From a virus (Duplodnaviria; Caudoviricetes), in the IMG/VR virus record IMGVR_UViG_3300044991_001466: a stretch of DNA of 64,000 nt. The stretch is one strand, 5' to 3'. The number at the start of each line of letters is the position of its first letter. Positions within the stretch are counted from its first letter, which is position 1. The notes under the pieces were generated by a model. That model made no database searches, was not told the DNA's origin, and saw nothing but the letters and a program-made list of their open reading frames with translations. Positions 9,701 through 19,650 of the stretch are shown piece after piece. The position numbers and the translations under genes are program-made.

Positions 9701-12548
9701 TTATGATTCAATATTTCATCAAATAGTAAATAATTACGCTATATCTGATACGGGTTCTACTATTTTTAATGCAAATGTAACCGGCGGTACAATAAATGCT
9801 AAAACAGAAACTTATGGTGACGGTATAAAGTACCACACCACATTTGTTAATAATTCAAAAACAGATCCCGACCTTTACAAATTTTATACCTTATTACCTT
9901 CAGTAGGTGGTAACCCAAAAGAAAGTGCACCTTATAGTGTTTCGGGATATGAGTCAAAAATACAATCAAGTTTTAGAGTTGTGTGGGTTGACGATGATAT
10001 TAAAACAATAGATTATAGTGGAGCAACTTTTCCAAGTTATAATCAATATGTTAAATCATATGTTAGTGAAACTATTAAAACAGATGATAACAAATTTGGG
10101 TTAGGTTCGGACTATAGAAAAGTGATGGATTTAATTGGAACTTTTAGTCCATCAATATTAGATGAATTTGAATCTTGTTTTATTGAATTTTCAACAGAGA
10201 AAGTTAATGAAGAAATACCTTATCACAAATTTCCACCGTATACAGGAACAACAAAGGAAGTTTACACATTAAAATATGATAAGTTTCAAGATTTATTAAA
10301 AGAAATTGTTACTGTACCAATAGACACCCAAACCGACCCGGCCGATTCTGGTGAGTTAATTAAAAGTTTAAAAACTAAACAATTAACTAAATTAGAATTA
10401 ATAACCGCAGAAATGTTAAAGGCTGATAATTTAATCAAATTAACTATGGGTAATCCAAAAGAGATTAACCCTAATGTTTGGTATGGTTTGGCTAAATTTG
10501 ATAATGTTAACACATTTAATTATGGAACATATAATTTAACAACACAATCGGGAGATACAAAATATGTGGAATTATATGTTGGACCATATGTAAGCGGAAC
10601 CTCTATTAATAACGAGTACTTAAATTTTTTCAAAGATTTAAATATTGAACTTAGTGAAAGTAATGTTCTTCAATTTAGACCATTAATACTAATATATGCT
10701 GGTTATATTAAAAATGGAGGTACAAATACGTTAACCGCATTTAGAACATATCTTACAGATAATGTACTAACCAAAGCGTCGGATAGATTGTCAATTTATT
10801 TAGTACAGTTAATTGGAAAATTTAGTTCATTAAAAACCAAAGAAAATAAAAATCAATTAACTGTTTTTAGTGGATTTAATGATCAAATCCTAAAACTTGA
10901 AGAATATAATTATTTTAAAACATTTAATGATAAATGGGTTTCAGGTAATTCATTAGGTAGTAGGTCATTAATGGAAGAATTTTTATTCTTTGATAAGGCC
11001 AATAAAGATATTGGTGACGTTGCATATATTAGTTTAGAAAAATTATTACCATTAGATGACCGTAAAAATGATAAGGCTAATTTATATAGTGTAATATCTA
11101 TGTTAATCCAAGGAACTGGTTTTGATATGAGAGCATTACCAGCATATGTTAATTTTTATGGAACTAATGTTAATGGTAAATCTAAAACAACATCTTCTAA
11201 AAAAGTCGCAGAAAATTTGTTCGGAACATTTTTAGATGTTGATTACCAAGAATCCTCACCAAAAATTATTATTCAATATACAGGACCCACATCAAAAAGA
11301 TTGGAGTTGTCTGACATTGAGGCAAAGGAAAATAAATTTAAAAACGATAGTGGTAACTTATTTGCAAACGCACAAAGTCCACTTGTTGTAACAATAGATG
11401 CTGGTAACCAAGTCGGTGATTTATATAAATCAAATAAGGTGGTTGCTTTTGAAGTAAGTGTTGGAGATGAAAATCAAGCGTTATTTAAAGGAGTTCAACT
11501 TGACCAATCCTCACAAAGAGAAACAACTGAATCAATGGCAGCAACCGAAAACTTAGGTCGTTCAGAATCGGGTGCTGGTGTTTATCAATTAGACACAAGT
11601 TTGTTTGATATCTATAGATTGAGGTCATATACTTGTGAGGTAACAATGATGGGTAATGTAATGATACAACCAACAATGTATTTCTACTTGAAGAACATAC
11701 CAATGTTTAGAGGTTCATATTGGATAACCGAAGTTTCACATAATATAAAACCTGGTAATATTTCAACCGTATTTAAAGGAACAAGAATACCATATACTTC
11801 TTTACCCGACCCAAAAGATTCTTTTTTATCAAGTTACAGAGTGTTATTTGATAAAATAACTAAGGCGGCACAAAATAGAGTTAAGGAAGAAAATTTAGTA
11901 TTATCAGGAGATACAAAAACTGAAAAAATACTTAACACGAATAACGGAGCACTAATCATTGATATGGGTGACCCTAAAGTTGCACCTAAAGGAGAAAAAT
12001 TACAATCCACATCAGGAGTTAATGAATTTGGAGTTAATTGGGGAGGTAGAAATGGTGAAAAATATATTCAAGAAGTTGAATATAATGGTATCAAATATCT
12101 TAGAGCAATTGCTTGTGTTATGGGAGGTAAAAATTATACACCCGATAACGATATTGAAATGTCAATTATAAATCGTGTTACAACTAAAACAATATCAGGT
12201 ACTACAATTTTAAATAAAATGACCTATCAAGATATTAAGGATAATAAAACAAATCAATTCTATTCAATGAAGTTTGATTTATCATCTTCTTTTCCAAGTT
12301 TAATTATAAGTGCTAAAACAACATTTGTAAATCCAAATGGGACAAAACCCAAAACGGTTATAGTTAAACCACTTCAAATTGAAAAACCAACCGACAATAG
12401 TGTAATTAGGCCGGACAATATATGGGGTCCAATTCATAGAGGACCAAATGTCTCGGGTTTTGGAGTTGCATTATCCAAGAAATTAATGACTGATTTAGGA
12501 TTAACTGACGGACAAGTTGTTTATTTTACAATGGAGAAGGGATATTAA
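6771..12548 (+). CDS. Baseplate hub-like protein (gp27/gpD-like)
   Basis: 1925 aa. SYTCEVTMMGNVMIQPTMYFYL...GSYWITEVSHNI is typical of the gpD/gp27 hub C-terminus; gene order agrees. Confidence 0.6.
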   Translation: MANNNLNSGENILVKVDQNNVILIDPNSVSNGPNVEMRNVKQENLVMYVNLEADLVPRTTLAASGDGSAQSTLLTVAKGNLSFLRAQDGQDLNTGWTDSFFNSTEKTQTVTDKNGKKTPVGTGEFFQADSSGQSFGIESININVKGSNFIPQVNINFVDVRGKTLFESPNNTPYKAFFHLPWPIFYLTVKGYYGKAIRYRLHLTKFTSKYNGSNGNFDISTTFVGSTYAFLNDIPLEGILNAPYMYMIENDGKNSTFNTNTGTYQKKISKSSRGYTLLRTIYSEYKQKGLLPKNFPVKTLREVITIAKSLDNILEREIFDQKVDMKIFNGIKEFEKIVQDFESAVVQWGKKYLSNDSYTDATSKIKYYYLSGQNNGKLDNITNATDNKTLEFILTNKVKELRKTADFSSSYINKSGIDFKQQTFNFLNKIKDISKYYQPKEGKYSIAYDLLLSDIYEIQKSFLAQRDKLQKYVEEVMNQVIKDPLKGIGFKPTIRNIFGVIMANADVYIRLLKDVHTKSFEASSKRKDLVNNYSNESEGDNIYPWPEIRKITSNKQSVIAYPGDSDLRAILRADDKTMWPEVDFIENYQSVATKRTDPLAEKEGGVGAINYVFESNSPDINLNKTATLFQIESSQPYMDKSMAGLLYEIFERARYSTLLDSYNSQTIIELANNEFDNLQKILEEDFDIVDIMKTINSASTLTDYMLSFSPFDRYPYFQDKLPTIPYIKNLEEFPFKISQYNIDSNPSRNENYTKLIEELKNYQPESYRKNIYPFNSSLYLNYLNKTDYNLDDLNLRNITNVDTTEGLVSTARDSKMWVKSEYTKNLFLQNFNIVQSNGKTNILNTPYFHKQLYTDFKKSSPLGKYSGSAYLLLNSLPFKDLEDKVLQDQTRMSSLFKEIGASHYVPYHLMLKWGAIYHRYKKKILEDVDILSGFLTNNITQPISGSTLFDFGVGSTYTINSESITHSSSKHIGLHPFYDSIFHQIVNNYAISDTGSTIFNANVTGGTINAKTETYGDGIKYHTTFVNNSKTDPDLYKFYTLLPSVGGNPKESAPYSVSGYESKIQSSFRVVWVDDDIKTIDYSGATFPSYNQYVKSYVSETIKTDDNKFGLGSDYRKVMDLIGTFSPSILDEFESCFIEFSTEKVNEEIPYHKFPPYTGTTKEVYTLKYDKFQDLLKEIVTVPIDTQTDPADSGELIKSLKTKQLTKLELITAEMLKADNLIKLTMGNPKEINPNVWYGLAKFDNVNTFNYGTYNLTTQSGDTKYVELYVGPYVSGTSINNEYLNFFKDLNIELSESNVLQFRPLILIYAGYIKNGGTNTLTAFRTYLTDNVLTKASDRLSIYLVQLIGKFSSLKTKENKNQLTVFSGFNDQILKLEEYNYFKTFNDKWVSGNSLGSRSLMEEFLFFDKANKDIGDVAYISLEKLLPLDDRKNDKANLYSVISMLIQGTGFDMRALPAYVNFYGTNVNGKSKTTSSKKVAENLFGTFLDVDYQESSPKIIIQYTGPTSKRLELSDIEAKENKFKNDSGNLFANAQSPLVVTIDAGNQVGDLYKSNKVVAFEVSVGDENQALFKGVQLDQSSQRETTESMAATENLGRSESGAGVYQLDTSLFDIYRLRSYTCEVTMMGNVMIQPTMYFYLKNIPMFRGSYWITEVSHNIKPGNISTVFKGTRIPYTSLPDPKDSFLSSYRVLFDKITKAAQNRVKEENLVLSGDTKTEKILNTNNGALIIDMGDPKVAPKGEKLQSTSGVNEFGVNWGGRNGEKYIQEVEYNGIKYLRAIACVMGGKNYTPDNDIEMSIINRVTTKTISGTTILNKMTYQDIKDNKTNQFYSMKFDLSSSFPSLIISAKTTFVNPNGTKPKTVIVKPLQIEKPTDNSVIRPDNIWGPIHRGPNVSGFGVALSKKLMTDLGLTDGQVVYFTMEKGY

Positions 12549-12573
12549 TAATAATTGAGATATTTATATGAAT

Positions 12574-12774
12574 ATGAGAAATAACTTAGATAACACAATA
12601 GACCAATTCTTAAGTCCTAAACAGACTAAAATAACATCAAATGATGGTATGGAAAGAGAAGAATGTGATATGTTAACAGGAGAATGTTACACTATCAGAG
12701 AAAAAGACGGAATCGTTGAAAGAATAAATAAAAGATATATTACCGATGACGGTAGACAATTATTACAAGATTAA
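12574..12774 (+). CDS. Small hypothetical protein
   Basis: ORF track starts at 12568, but that ATG overlaps the TATTTATA motif, so the ATG at 12574 is the more likely start. Confidence 0.55.
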   Translation: MRNNLDNTIDQFLSPKQTKITSNDGMEREECDMLTGECYTIREKDGIVERINKRYITDDGRQLLQD

Positions 12775-12777
12775 GCC

Positions 12778-13428
12778 ATGTTAGAACAAAAACTACAAGA
12801 AGAATTAAATCGTTACAAAGCCATCAATAGATATGGTAAAACGATGATAATGGAACAAGATGCTCTTGGTGGTGAATTACCTCCACCTGCTGACCCTGCG
12901 GCAGCACCTGCTGACCCTGCGGCATTACCTACGGATGTTCCACCTGCAGACCCTGCAATGGACCCTATGGCTGACGCGGGAGCGGCACCAGCATTACCTG
13001 AAGGTGATACTACAGAGGAAATTGATATTACTGATTTAGTTGATATGACTAAGAGTATTAAAAAAGACATTGAAACTAATAAACAAGACCATGGTGCTGT
13101 TGTAAGTAAAATGGACGACGTGTTCACTAAATTAGGTGACTTAGAACAAAAACTTGCTCAAATGGACCAAGTTATGGCTAAAATTGACCAATTAGGTACT
13201 CAAGTTCAACAAATGAAACCTGAAACTCCAGTTGAGAAATTAGAAATGAGATCTTTAGATTCATATCCATTTAACGAAAAACCACAAGAATTTTTCGCTC
13301 ACAAACAAGGTGAAATGAGACAAAGTGGTAAAAATGAATATATTCTAACTAAAGACGAGGTAAGTAATTACTCTCCTGACCAAGTTAAAACATCTTTTAA
13401 TCCAACACCTGATGAATATCAATTCTAA
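12778..13428 (+). CDS. Acidic Pro/Ala-rich coiled-coil protein, possibly head/scaffold-associated
   Basis: 216 aa with a PPPADPAAAPADPAA linker and a heptad-like C-terminal half. Confidence 0.5.
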   Translation: MLEQKLQEELNRYKAINRYGKTMIMEQDALGGELPPPADPAAAPADPAALPTDVPPADPAMDPMADAGAAPALPEGDTTEEIDITDLVDMTKSIKKDIETNKQDHGAVVSKMDDVFTKLGDLEQKLAQMDQVMAKIDQLGTQVQQMKPETPVEKLEMRSLDSYPFNEKPQEFFAHKQGEMRQSGKNEYILTKDEVSNYSPDQVKTSFNPTPDEYQF

Positions 13429-13783
13429 TATAAATTTTTTATTAGGATTAAGTGCTCAGTTAAAGGTGATGCATTGGCAAACTAAAGGTTATTCAAGACA
13501 TCAAGCTTTTGGTAGTACGTATGACACTTTGAGTGATTTAACGGATACTTTCGTTGAAGCTGCAATGGGAAAATATGGTCGTTTTAAGTTAGATGATGAG
13601 ACAAATACAATAACATTAGTTAATTTATCAGAGTTAAAACCTGAGGAAATGGTTAATACTGTGAAAAATGCTCTTATCCAATACAGCGAACAATTTGAAC
13701 CAACCGATACGGACATTTTAAACATTAGAGATGAGATGTTGGGTTTATTTAACAAATTATCATATCTATTAACTTTAGAATAA
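13412..13783 (+). CDS. Ferritin/Dps-like four-helix protein
   Basis: LKVMHWQTKGYSRHQAFGSTYDTLSDLTDTFVE carries the Dps-type HW...H...D...E ferroxidase pattern. Confidence 0.7.
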   Translation: MNINSNINFLLGLSAQLKVMHWQTKGYSRHQAFGSTYDTLSDLTDTFVEAAMGKYGRFKLDDETNTITLVNLSELKPEEMVNTVKNALIQYSEQFEPTDTDILNIRDEMLGLFNKLSYLLTLE

Positions 13784-13810
13784 GACTTAAAAACATTTTT
13801 AAAAATAATT

Positions 13811-13839
13811 GAACCGGATTTCTTAATTCGGTTTTTTTT
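13811..13839 (+). terminator. Intrinsic terminator after the ferritin-like gene
   Basis: AACCGGAT-TTCTTA-ATTCGGTT hairpin followed by a T run. Confidence 0.8.
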
Positions 13840-13884
13840 ATTTATATTTTACTATAACAGTTTTATAAATAAAAATTTTTAATT

Positions 13885-14733
13885 ATGTCAACATTTGATG
13901 CAGTACTAGCACAGTACGAGAAAAACAAAAATGCCACAAGTGGCAATTCTAACAAAATGTCCTCAGAAGACAGAATGAAGCGTTATTTCACTACCGTATT
14001 ACCTAAGGGTTCTAAGGGAGAAGAAAGACGTATTCGTATTTTACCTACAAAAGATGGTGGTTCACCATTTGTTGAGGTCTACTTCCACGAAGTTCAAGTG
14101 GATGGAAAATGGGTTAAATTATATGACCCTAAACAAGAAGGAAAACGTTCACCATTGAACGAAGTTCAAGAAGCTTTAATGGCTACAGGTGTTGAGTCAG
14201 ATAGAGAATCTGCTCGTCAATTTCGTTCTCGTAAATTCTATATCGTAAAAGTTATCGATAGAGACCACGAAAATGATGGCGTTAAATTTTGGAGATTTAA
14301 ACACAACGCAAAGGGTGACGGTATTTTAGACAAAGTATTCCCAATCTTCCGTAACAAAGGTGATATTACAAATCCTGAAAATGGTCGTGATATGATTTTA
14401 TCTTTAACACTAACTAAGGCGGGTACAGGTAAAGAATACACAGTAATCAACTCAGTAATTCCTGAAGATGCGGGTCCGTTACATGCCGATTCTAACGTAG
14501 CTAAAGCTTGGTTAGATGATGAATTAACATGGTCTGATGTTTATTCTAAGAAAGGTGAAGATTATTTAGAGATGGTTGCAAGAGGTGAAGTTCCACGTTG
14601 GGATTCTAATCAAAACAAATTTGTTTCAAGTAATAACACTACTGACGAAGAAACAATTTCAGCACCTAAAAAATCTACTCCTGTGGTTGACCCACAAGAA
14701 GAAGAAGAGGTTGATGGTGATTTACCATTCTAA
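13885..14733 (+). CDS. T4 gp32-like single-stranded DNA-binding protein
   Basis: RIRILP, FYIVKVIDRDHENDGVKFWRF, GRDMILSLT, and an acidic tail ending DGDLPF. Confidence 0.8.
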   Translation: MSTFDAVLAQYEKNKNATSGNSNKMSSEDRMKRYFTTVLPKGSKGEERRIRILPTKDGGSPFVEVYFHEVQVDGKWVKLYDPKQEGKRSPLNEVQEALMATGVESDRESARQFRSRKFYIVKVIDRDHENDGVKFWRFKHNAKGDGILDKVFPIFRNKGDITNPENGRDMILSLTLTKAGTGKEYTVINSVIPEDAGPLHADSNVAKAWLDDELTWSDVYSKKGEDYLEMVARGEVPRWDSNQNKFVSSNNTTDEETISAPKKSTPVVDPQEEEEVDGDLPF

Positions 14734-14742
14734 TTAATTTAT

Positions 14743-14777
14743 GATGTTCCCGACATTCGTGTCGGGAACATCCTTTT
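14743..14777 (+). terminator. Strong hairpin/terminator between SSB and recA
   Basis: Perfect 13-bp stem GATGTTCCCGACA-TTCG-TGTCGGGAACATC followed by CTTTT. Confidence 0.75.
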
Positions 14778-14789
14778 AAAAACAACAAC

Positions 14790-15770
14790 ATGGCAGGTAT
14801 AAAAAAGACTGATTTTTCAGCAATCAAAAAGAAATTCTCAAAAGAAGCAGAATATAAACCAGACCGTTTTTTCGATTTGGGAGATGCTTTCTTGGATGCA
14901 ACAGGAATTCCCGGTCCAGCAATGGGTCACATCAATATGTTGTTAGGACATAGTGATACAGGAAAAACAACTGCACTTGTAAAGTCAGCGGTAGATGCAC
15001 AAAAGAAAGGTATTGTTCCTGTATTTGTAATTACAGAACAGAAATGGAGTTGGGACCACGCAGAATTAATGGGTTTCAATAAAGACGGAGATTATCTTTT
15101 CAATAGTGATTTCGAGTACATCGAACAAATCACAGAGTATATTAATGAATTATTAGATGCTCAAGAAAAGGGAGACTTACCTCACGATTTATTAATACTT
15201 TGGGATTCAGTTGGTTCAGTTCCTTGTAAAATGACTTACGATGGTAAAGGTGGTAAACAACACAACGCATCAGTATTAGCTGACAAAATTGGAATGGGTA
15301 TCAACCAACGTATTTCAGGTTCAAGAAGAACAGATAAACCTTATACAAATACATTAATCATTGTTAACCAACCTTGGGTAGAATTACCTGACAATCCTTT
15401 TGGACAACCTAAGATTAAAGCAAAAGGTGGAGAAGCAATTTGGTTAAACTCAAGTATTGTGTTCTTATTCGGTAATCAAAAAGGTGCGGGTACAACTAAA
15501 ATCTCAATCACTAAAGATAAGAGAAAAGTTAAAATTGCAACAAGAACAAAAATCTCTATCATGAAGAATCACATCAATGGTTTAGGATATGAGGATGGAC
15601 GTATATTGGTTACATCACACGGATTTATGGGTGGAAGAGAAGAAGGAGAAGAAAAGAAATCTCTTGAAGAATACAAAAAAGAATGTGGAGAATACATCAG
15701 TAAGATGTTAGGTGTTAGTGTTACAGACATCGCAGACGTAGAAGTTGTAACAGAAGATTCAGACCTATAA
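14790..15770 (+). CDS. recA: RecA/UvsX recombinase
   Basis: Walker A GHSDTGKTT, Walker B ILWDSVGS, and IVNQ...GGEAI motifs. Confidence 0.9.
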   Translation: MAGIKKTDFSAIKKKFSKEAEYKPDRFFDLGDAFLDATGIPGPAMGHINMLLGHSDTGKTTALVKSAVDAQKKGIVPVFVITEQKWSWDHAELMGFNKDGDYLFNSDFEYIEQITEYINELLDAQEKGDLPHDLLILWDSVGSVPCKMTYDGKGGKQHNASVLADKIGMGINQRISGSRRTDKPYTNTLIIVNQPWVELPDNPFGQPKIKAKGGEAIWLNSSIVFLFGNQKGAGTTKISITKDKRKVKIATRTKISIMKNHINGLGYEDGRILVTSHGFMGGREEGEEKKSLEEYKKECGEYISKMLGVSVTDIADVEVVTEDSDL

Positions 15771-15779
15771 AATTTTTAA

Positions 15780-16802
15780 ATGTCCGTTTTACTTGTTGAT
15801 GGAGATAATTTACTTACGATTGGTTTTTATGGTGTCAAGAATATGTTCTATAAAGGGCAACATATTGGAGGAATTTATCATTTTCTCAATACTCTTAGGA
15901 GAACGTTTGAGTTATATCACTTAGATAAGATAGTTGTATTTTGGGATGGATTTGAAGGTTCTCAAAATAGAAAAAAAATCTACGTTCATTATAAAGAAAA
16001 TAGACGGCAAAGACTTAGGTCTGAAGAAGAATTAAGTTCATACTCATACCAAAGAGAACGAGTTAAACAATATCTCGAAGAGTTATTTGTGAGACAAGGT
16101 GAGTATGAATTTTGTGAAACAGATGATAGCATTGCTTATTATACACAAAACTCACCTAACGAAAAGAAAATCATTTATTCATCTGATGGAGATTTAACAC
16201 AATTAGTGTCAGATAATACGGAAATTTATAATCCGTCTCATCACAAATTATACAAACAAAATGATACGATAGTTTACGACCACGAAGAAATCTTAATTGA
16301 AAACGTTAAGTTAGTAAAAATGATGTGTGGTGATTCCTCAGACAACATTGCAGGAATTAAAGGAATGGGAGTTAAGAAATTCATCTCCTTATTTCCCGAA
16401 ATCAGAACCGAAAGAATATCTGTTCAACAAGTTAAAGAAAGGGGTAATCTCCTTTTTGAACAGGACAAACACAACAAATTAATTGCAAATTTATTAACAG
16501 GAGTTACAAAGTACGGTGTATTTGGTGACGAGTTCTTCGACGTAAACAATCGTATTGTTAGTTTGGATGAACCCTTTTTGACTGACGAGGCAATCGAAAA
16601 TATTACATTGTTAATAAATGAATCATTAGACCCTGAGGGTAGGTCGTATAAAAATACAATGAGAATGATGATGGAAGATGGATTGTTTAATGTGTTACCA
16701 AAATCAGACGACGCATGGACAAAATTTTTAAACCCATTTCTCCGTTTAACAAGAAAAGAAAAAAACAATAAAAAAACAATAAAAATCAAAAATTATGAGT
16801 AA
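15780..16802 (+). CDS. 5'-3' exonuclease (T4 RNase H / PolA N-terminal family)
   Basis: LLVDGDNL, ETDDSIAY, SSDGDLTQL and GDSSDNIAGIKGMG motifs. Confidence 0.9.
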   Translation: MSVLLVDGDNLLTIGFYGVKNMFYKGQHIGGIYHFLNTLRRTFELYHLDKIVVFWDGFEGSQNRKKIYVHYKENRRQRLRSEEELSSYSYQRERVKQYLEELFVRQGEYEFCETDDSIAYYTQNSPNEKKIIYSSDGDLTQLVSDNTEIYNPSHHKLYKQNDTIVYDHEEILIENVKLVKMMCGDSSDNIAGIKGMGVKKFISLFPEIRTERISVQQVKERGNLLFEQDKHNKLIANLLTGVTKYGVFGDEFFDVNNRIVSLDEPFLTDEAIENITLLINESLDPEGRSYKNTMRMMMEDGLFNVLPKSDDAWTKFLNPFLRLTRKEKNNKKTIKIKNYE

Positions 16803-17244
16803 TCAACAGCCAGACATTACAAAATTCGAATTTATTCTAACATTAGAAGGGAACATAATATGCCAAAGATACTTCAATGTAAAAGATCACGTTGACCAAG
16901 CTAGACGTTCAATGGACTTACACTATTATATAAAAAATATTTGTGAGGAAATTAGTGAAGATTTGAAAATAAAAAGTTCCAATTATTTGTGTGAAAATCA
17001 AAATTATTTCTTATCTTCCGACTATGTGGAAGATTTACCAGAGAAGGATAGAGAACATTTTTTGTTAGAAATTAAGTTGGAAGACGATGTATTTATTCAG
17101 AGGATATTTCCCGCATATTGTTACCACCCAAAAGTTAGATATACGGTTGACATACGTCCAAAACTCAAAATAATTTTATCAGAGTTAACTGATATTTTAT
17201 CATCCGAAGAGTTGGAGACCACATATTTGAACTACGAGTTATAA
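16795..17244 (+). CDS. Hypothetical protein in the replication operon
   Basis: 149 aa, translationally coupled between the exonuclease and helicase genes. Confidence 0.6.
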   Translation: MSNQQPDITKFEFILTLEGNIICQRYFNVKDHVDQARRSMDLHYYIKNICEEISEDLKIKSSNYLCENQNYFLSSDYVEDLPEKDREHFLLEIKLEDDVFIQRIFPAYCYHPKVRYTVDIRPKLKIILSELTDILSSEELETTYLNYEL

Positions 17245-17270
17245 TTTAAAAATATATATAAAAAATAAAC

Positions 17271-18653
17271 ATGGAAGAGAGGAATTTTGGGTATTTAGGG
17301 TTTTCATTTCAACAATCCCTAATTAAAGCAATAGTTGAAGATAAAAAATATGCAGAATCAATAATTGACGTATTAGAAACTAAATTTTTTGAGAACGCCT
17401 CATTTAAATTTATCATTGAGAACATTAAAGAGTTATATAAGACCTATAATAGAATTCCCGATTACAATACCCTGGCCCAAAAAATTATGGCTGAAGGTGG
17501 TAATAAAGATTCCTCTAAGGTACATCTTGATACGTTGGAATCGATAAAGGAAAATGAAGACCAAATTGCGTATGTTAAAGACACGGCTCTTAATTTTTGT
17601 AAACAACAAAATTTAAAAAGAGAACTTAAAAGTGTTCAAAATATCATTGAAAGTGGTGAATTTGAGGCGTATAATAAAATTGAACAAATCATTCAAAAGG
17701 CGTTACAAATTGGTATTACAAATGATGAAGCTCATGATGTGTTTTTTGATATTGATGGAGCGTTAGAAAAGGATTTTAGACACCCATTACCGACAGGTAT
17801 TGTTGGGGTTGACAACTTACTTAAAGGTGGATTAGGAATTGGAGAATTGGGGGTTGTATTGGCTCCTACGGGTACTGGTAAAACCACATTACTTACTAAG
17901 TTTGCTAATACGGCATATAACTTAGGATATAATGTTGTTCAAATATTTTTTGAAGATAATCCAGGTAACATTAAAAGAAAACATTATACCATTTGGTCGG
18001 ACATTGCACCTGACGAACAACCTGAATTTAAAGACTTGGTAAAAGAAAAAGTTGAGGAAGCTCAATCTCGTTCTACAGGTACTTTAAAATTATTAAAATT
18101 GGCTAGTGATAATGTTACGGTTTCTGAAATTAAAAATAAAATCAGAAAAATGAATTCAGATGGTATTAAAGTGGATTTATTGGTGTTAGATTATGTGGAT
18201 TGTATTTCTTCAGATAAATCAACTAACGGTGAAGAATGGAAGGGTGAGGGTTCGGTAATGAGAAGTTTGGAATCAATGACAGGTGAATTTGAAATGGCGA
18301 TATGGACCGCAACTCAAGGTAATCGTGAATCAATTTCAAGTGAAGTTGTAACGGGAGACCAAATGGGTGGGTCAATTAAGAAAGCACAAATTGCTCACGT
18401 CATTTTATCTATCGGTAAAACGTTAGAACAAAAAGAACATAACTTAGCCACATTAACTTTGCTTAAATCACGTATTGGTAAAGATGGTGTAGTATTTCAA
18501 AACTGTAAGTTCAATAACGAATATTTGGTAATCGATACCGAATCACAAAATACTTTGTTAGGTCACGAACAAGATGAAGTTGAAAAGAGAAAAAATAGAG
18601 TTGCCGATGTCTACAGAAAGGCACAAGAAAAAAAAGTATCACAAATTAAATAA
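17271..18653 (+). CDS. dnaB: Replicative DNA helicase (DnaB/gp41-like)
   Basis: Walker A APTGTGKTT, LVLDYVD, WTATQGNRES and KSRIGKDG motifs. Confidence 0.92.
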   Translation: MEERNFGYLGFSFQQSLIKAIVEDKKYAESIIDVLETKFFENASFKFIIENIKELYKTYNRIPDYNTLAQKIMAEGGNKDSSKVHLDTLESIKENEDQIAYVKDTALNFCKQQNLKRELKSVQNIIESGEFEAYNKIEQIIQKALQIGITNDEAHDVFFDIDGALEKDFRHPLPTGIVGVDNLLKGGLGIGELGVVLAPTGTGKTTLLTKFANTAYNLGYNVVQIFFEDNPGNIKRKHYTIWSDIAPDEQPEFKDLVKEKVEEAQSRSTGTLKLLKLASDNVTVSEIKNKIRKMNSDGIKVDLLVLDYVDCISSDKSTNGEEWKGEGSVMRSLESMTGEFEMAIWTATQGNRESISSEVVTGDQMGGSIKKAQIAHVILSIGKTLEQKEHNLATLTLLKSRIGKDGVVFQNCKFNNEYLVIDTESQNTLLGHEQDEVEKRKNRVADVYRKAQEKKVSQIK

Positions 18654-18659
18654 ATTAAC

Positions 18660-19634
18660 ATGACAGAGAAAATATTAATGGAGAATCCCCATAGATTCGT
18701 TTTGTTCCCTATTGAACATAATGATTTATGGAAAATGTATAAACAACAACAAGCTTGTATATGGACGGCGGAAGAGATTGATTTAGGTCAAGACGTAACA
18801 GATTGGGAAAATAAATTGAATTCAGATGAACAACATTTCATTAAACACGTATTGGCATTTTTTGCAGCGTCTGATGGTATTGTGAATGAAAATATTGCTG
18901 AAAACTTCGTAAACGAAGTACAATATACTGAGGCTAAAATGTTTTACGGTTTCCAAATTATGATGGAAAACATTCATAGTGAGACATACTCATTACTGAT
19001 TGATTCATATATTAAAGACAAAGAAGAACAATTACATTTATTTCACGCAATAGATACAATTCCAGCAATTCAAAAGAAAGCGGAATGGGCGGTAAAATGG
19101 ATTAGTTCAGAATCTTTTGTTGAGAGACTAATTGCATTTGCTGCGGTTGAGGGTATTTTCTTTTCAGGATCATTCTGTTCAATATTTTGGTTGAAGAAAA
19201 GAGGTTTAATGCCAGGGTTAACATTCTCAAATGAACTAATCTCAAGAGATGAGGGAATGCATTGTGATTTTGCTTGTCACCTATATAATAACCACATTGA
19301 AAATAAATTAAGTGAAAAGAAAATTAGAGAGATTATCTGTGGAGCGTTAGAAATTGAAAAAGAATTTATTCTTGAAGCATTACCAGTTAGGTTAATTGGT
19401 ATGAATTCAGAATTAATGGCTCAATATCTTGAGTTTGTAACAGATAGGTTATTAACTGCGTTAGGTTGTTCAAAAGTATATAACTCTACAAATCCATTTG
19501 ATTTTATGGAGAACATTGCAATACAAGGGAAAACAAATTTCTTTGAAAAACGAGTTGCCGAATATCAAAAGATGGGAGTAAATAACAACGGTTCCGAAGA
19601 TTTAGATTCGGCATTTGGTGACGTAGATTTTTAA
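18660..19634 (+). CDS. nrdB: Ribonucleotide reductase class Ia beta subunit
   Basis: [38 protein letters not shown] and RDEGMH di-iron motifs. Confidence 0.97.
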   Translation: MTEKILMENPHRFVLFPIEHNDLWKMYKQQQACIWTAEEIDLGQDVTDWENKLNSDEQHFIKHVLAFFAASDGIVNENIAENFVNEVQYTEAKMFYGFQIMMENIHSETYSLLIDSYIKDKEEQLHLFHAIDTIPAIQKKAEWAVKWISSESFVERLIAFAAVEGIFFSGSFCSIFWLKKRGLMPGLTFSNELISRDEGMHCDFACHLYNNHIENKLSEKKIREIICGALEIEKEFILEALPVRLIGMNSELMAQYLEFVTDRLLTALGCSKVYNSTNPFDFMENIAIQGKTNFFEKRVAEYQKMGVNNNGSEDLDSAFGDVDF

Positions 19635-19650
19635 AAAAATTAAATATAAG

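Noticed and set aside
12813-13127. Minus-strand Gly/Ala/Ser-rich ORF
   Set aside because: Antisense of the Pro/Ala linker in 12778..13428.
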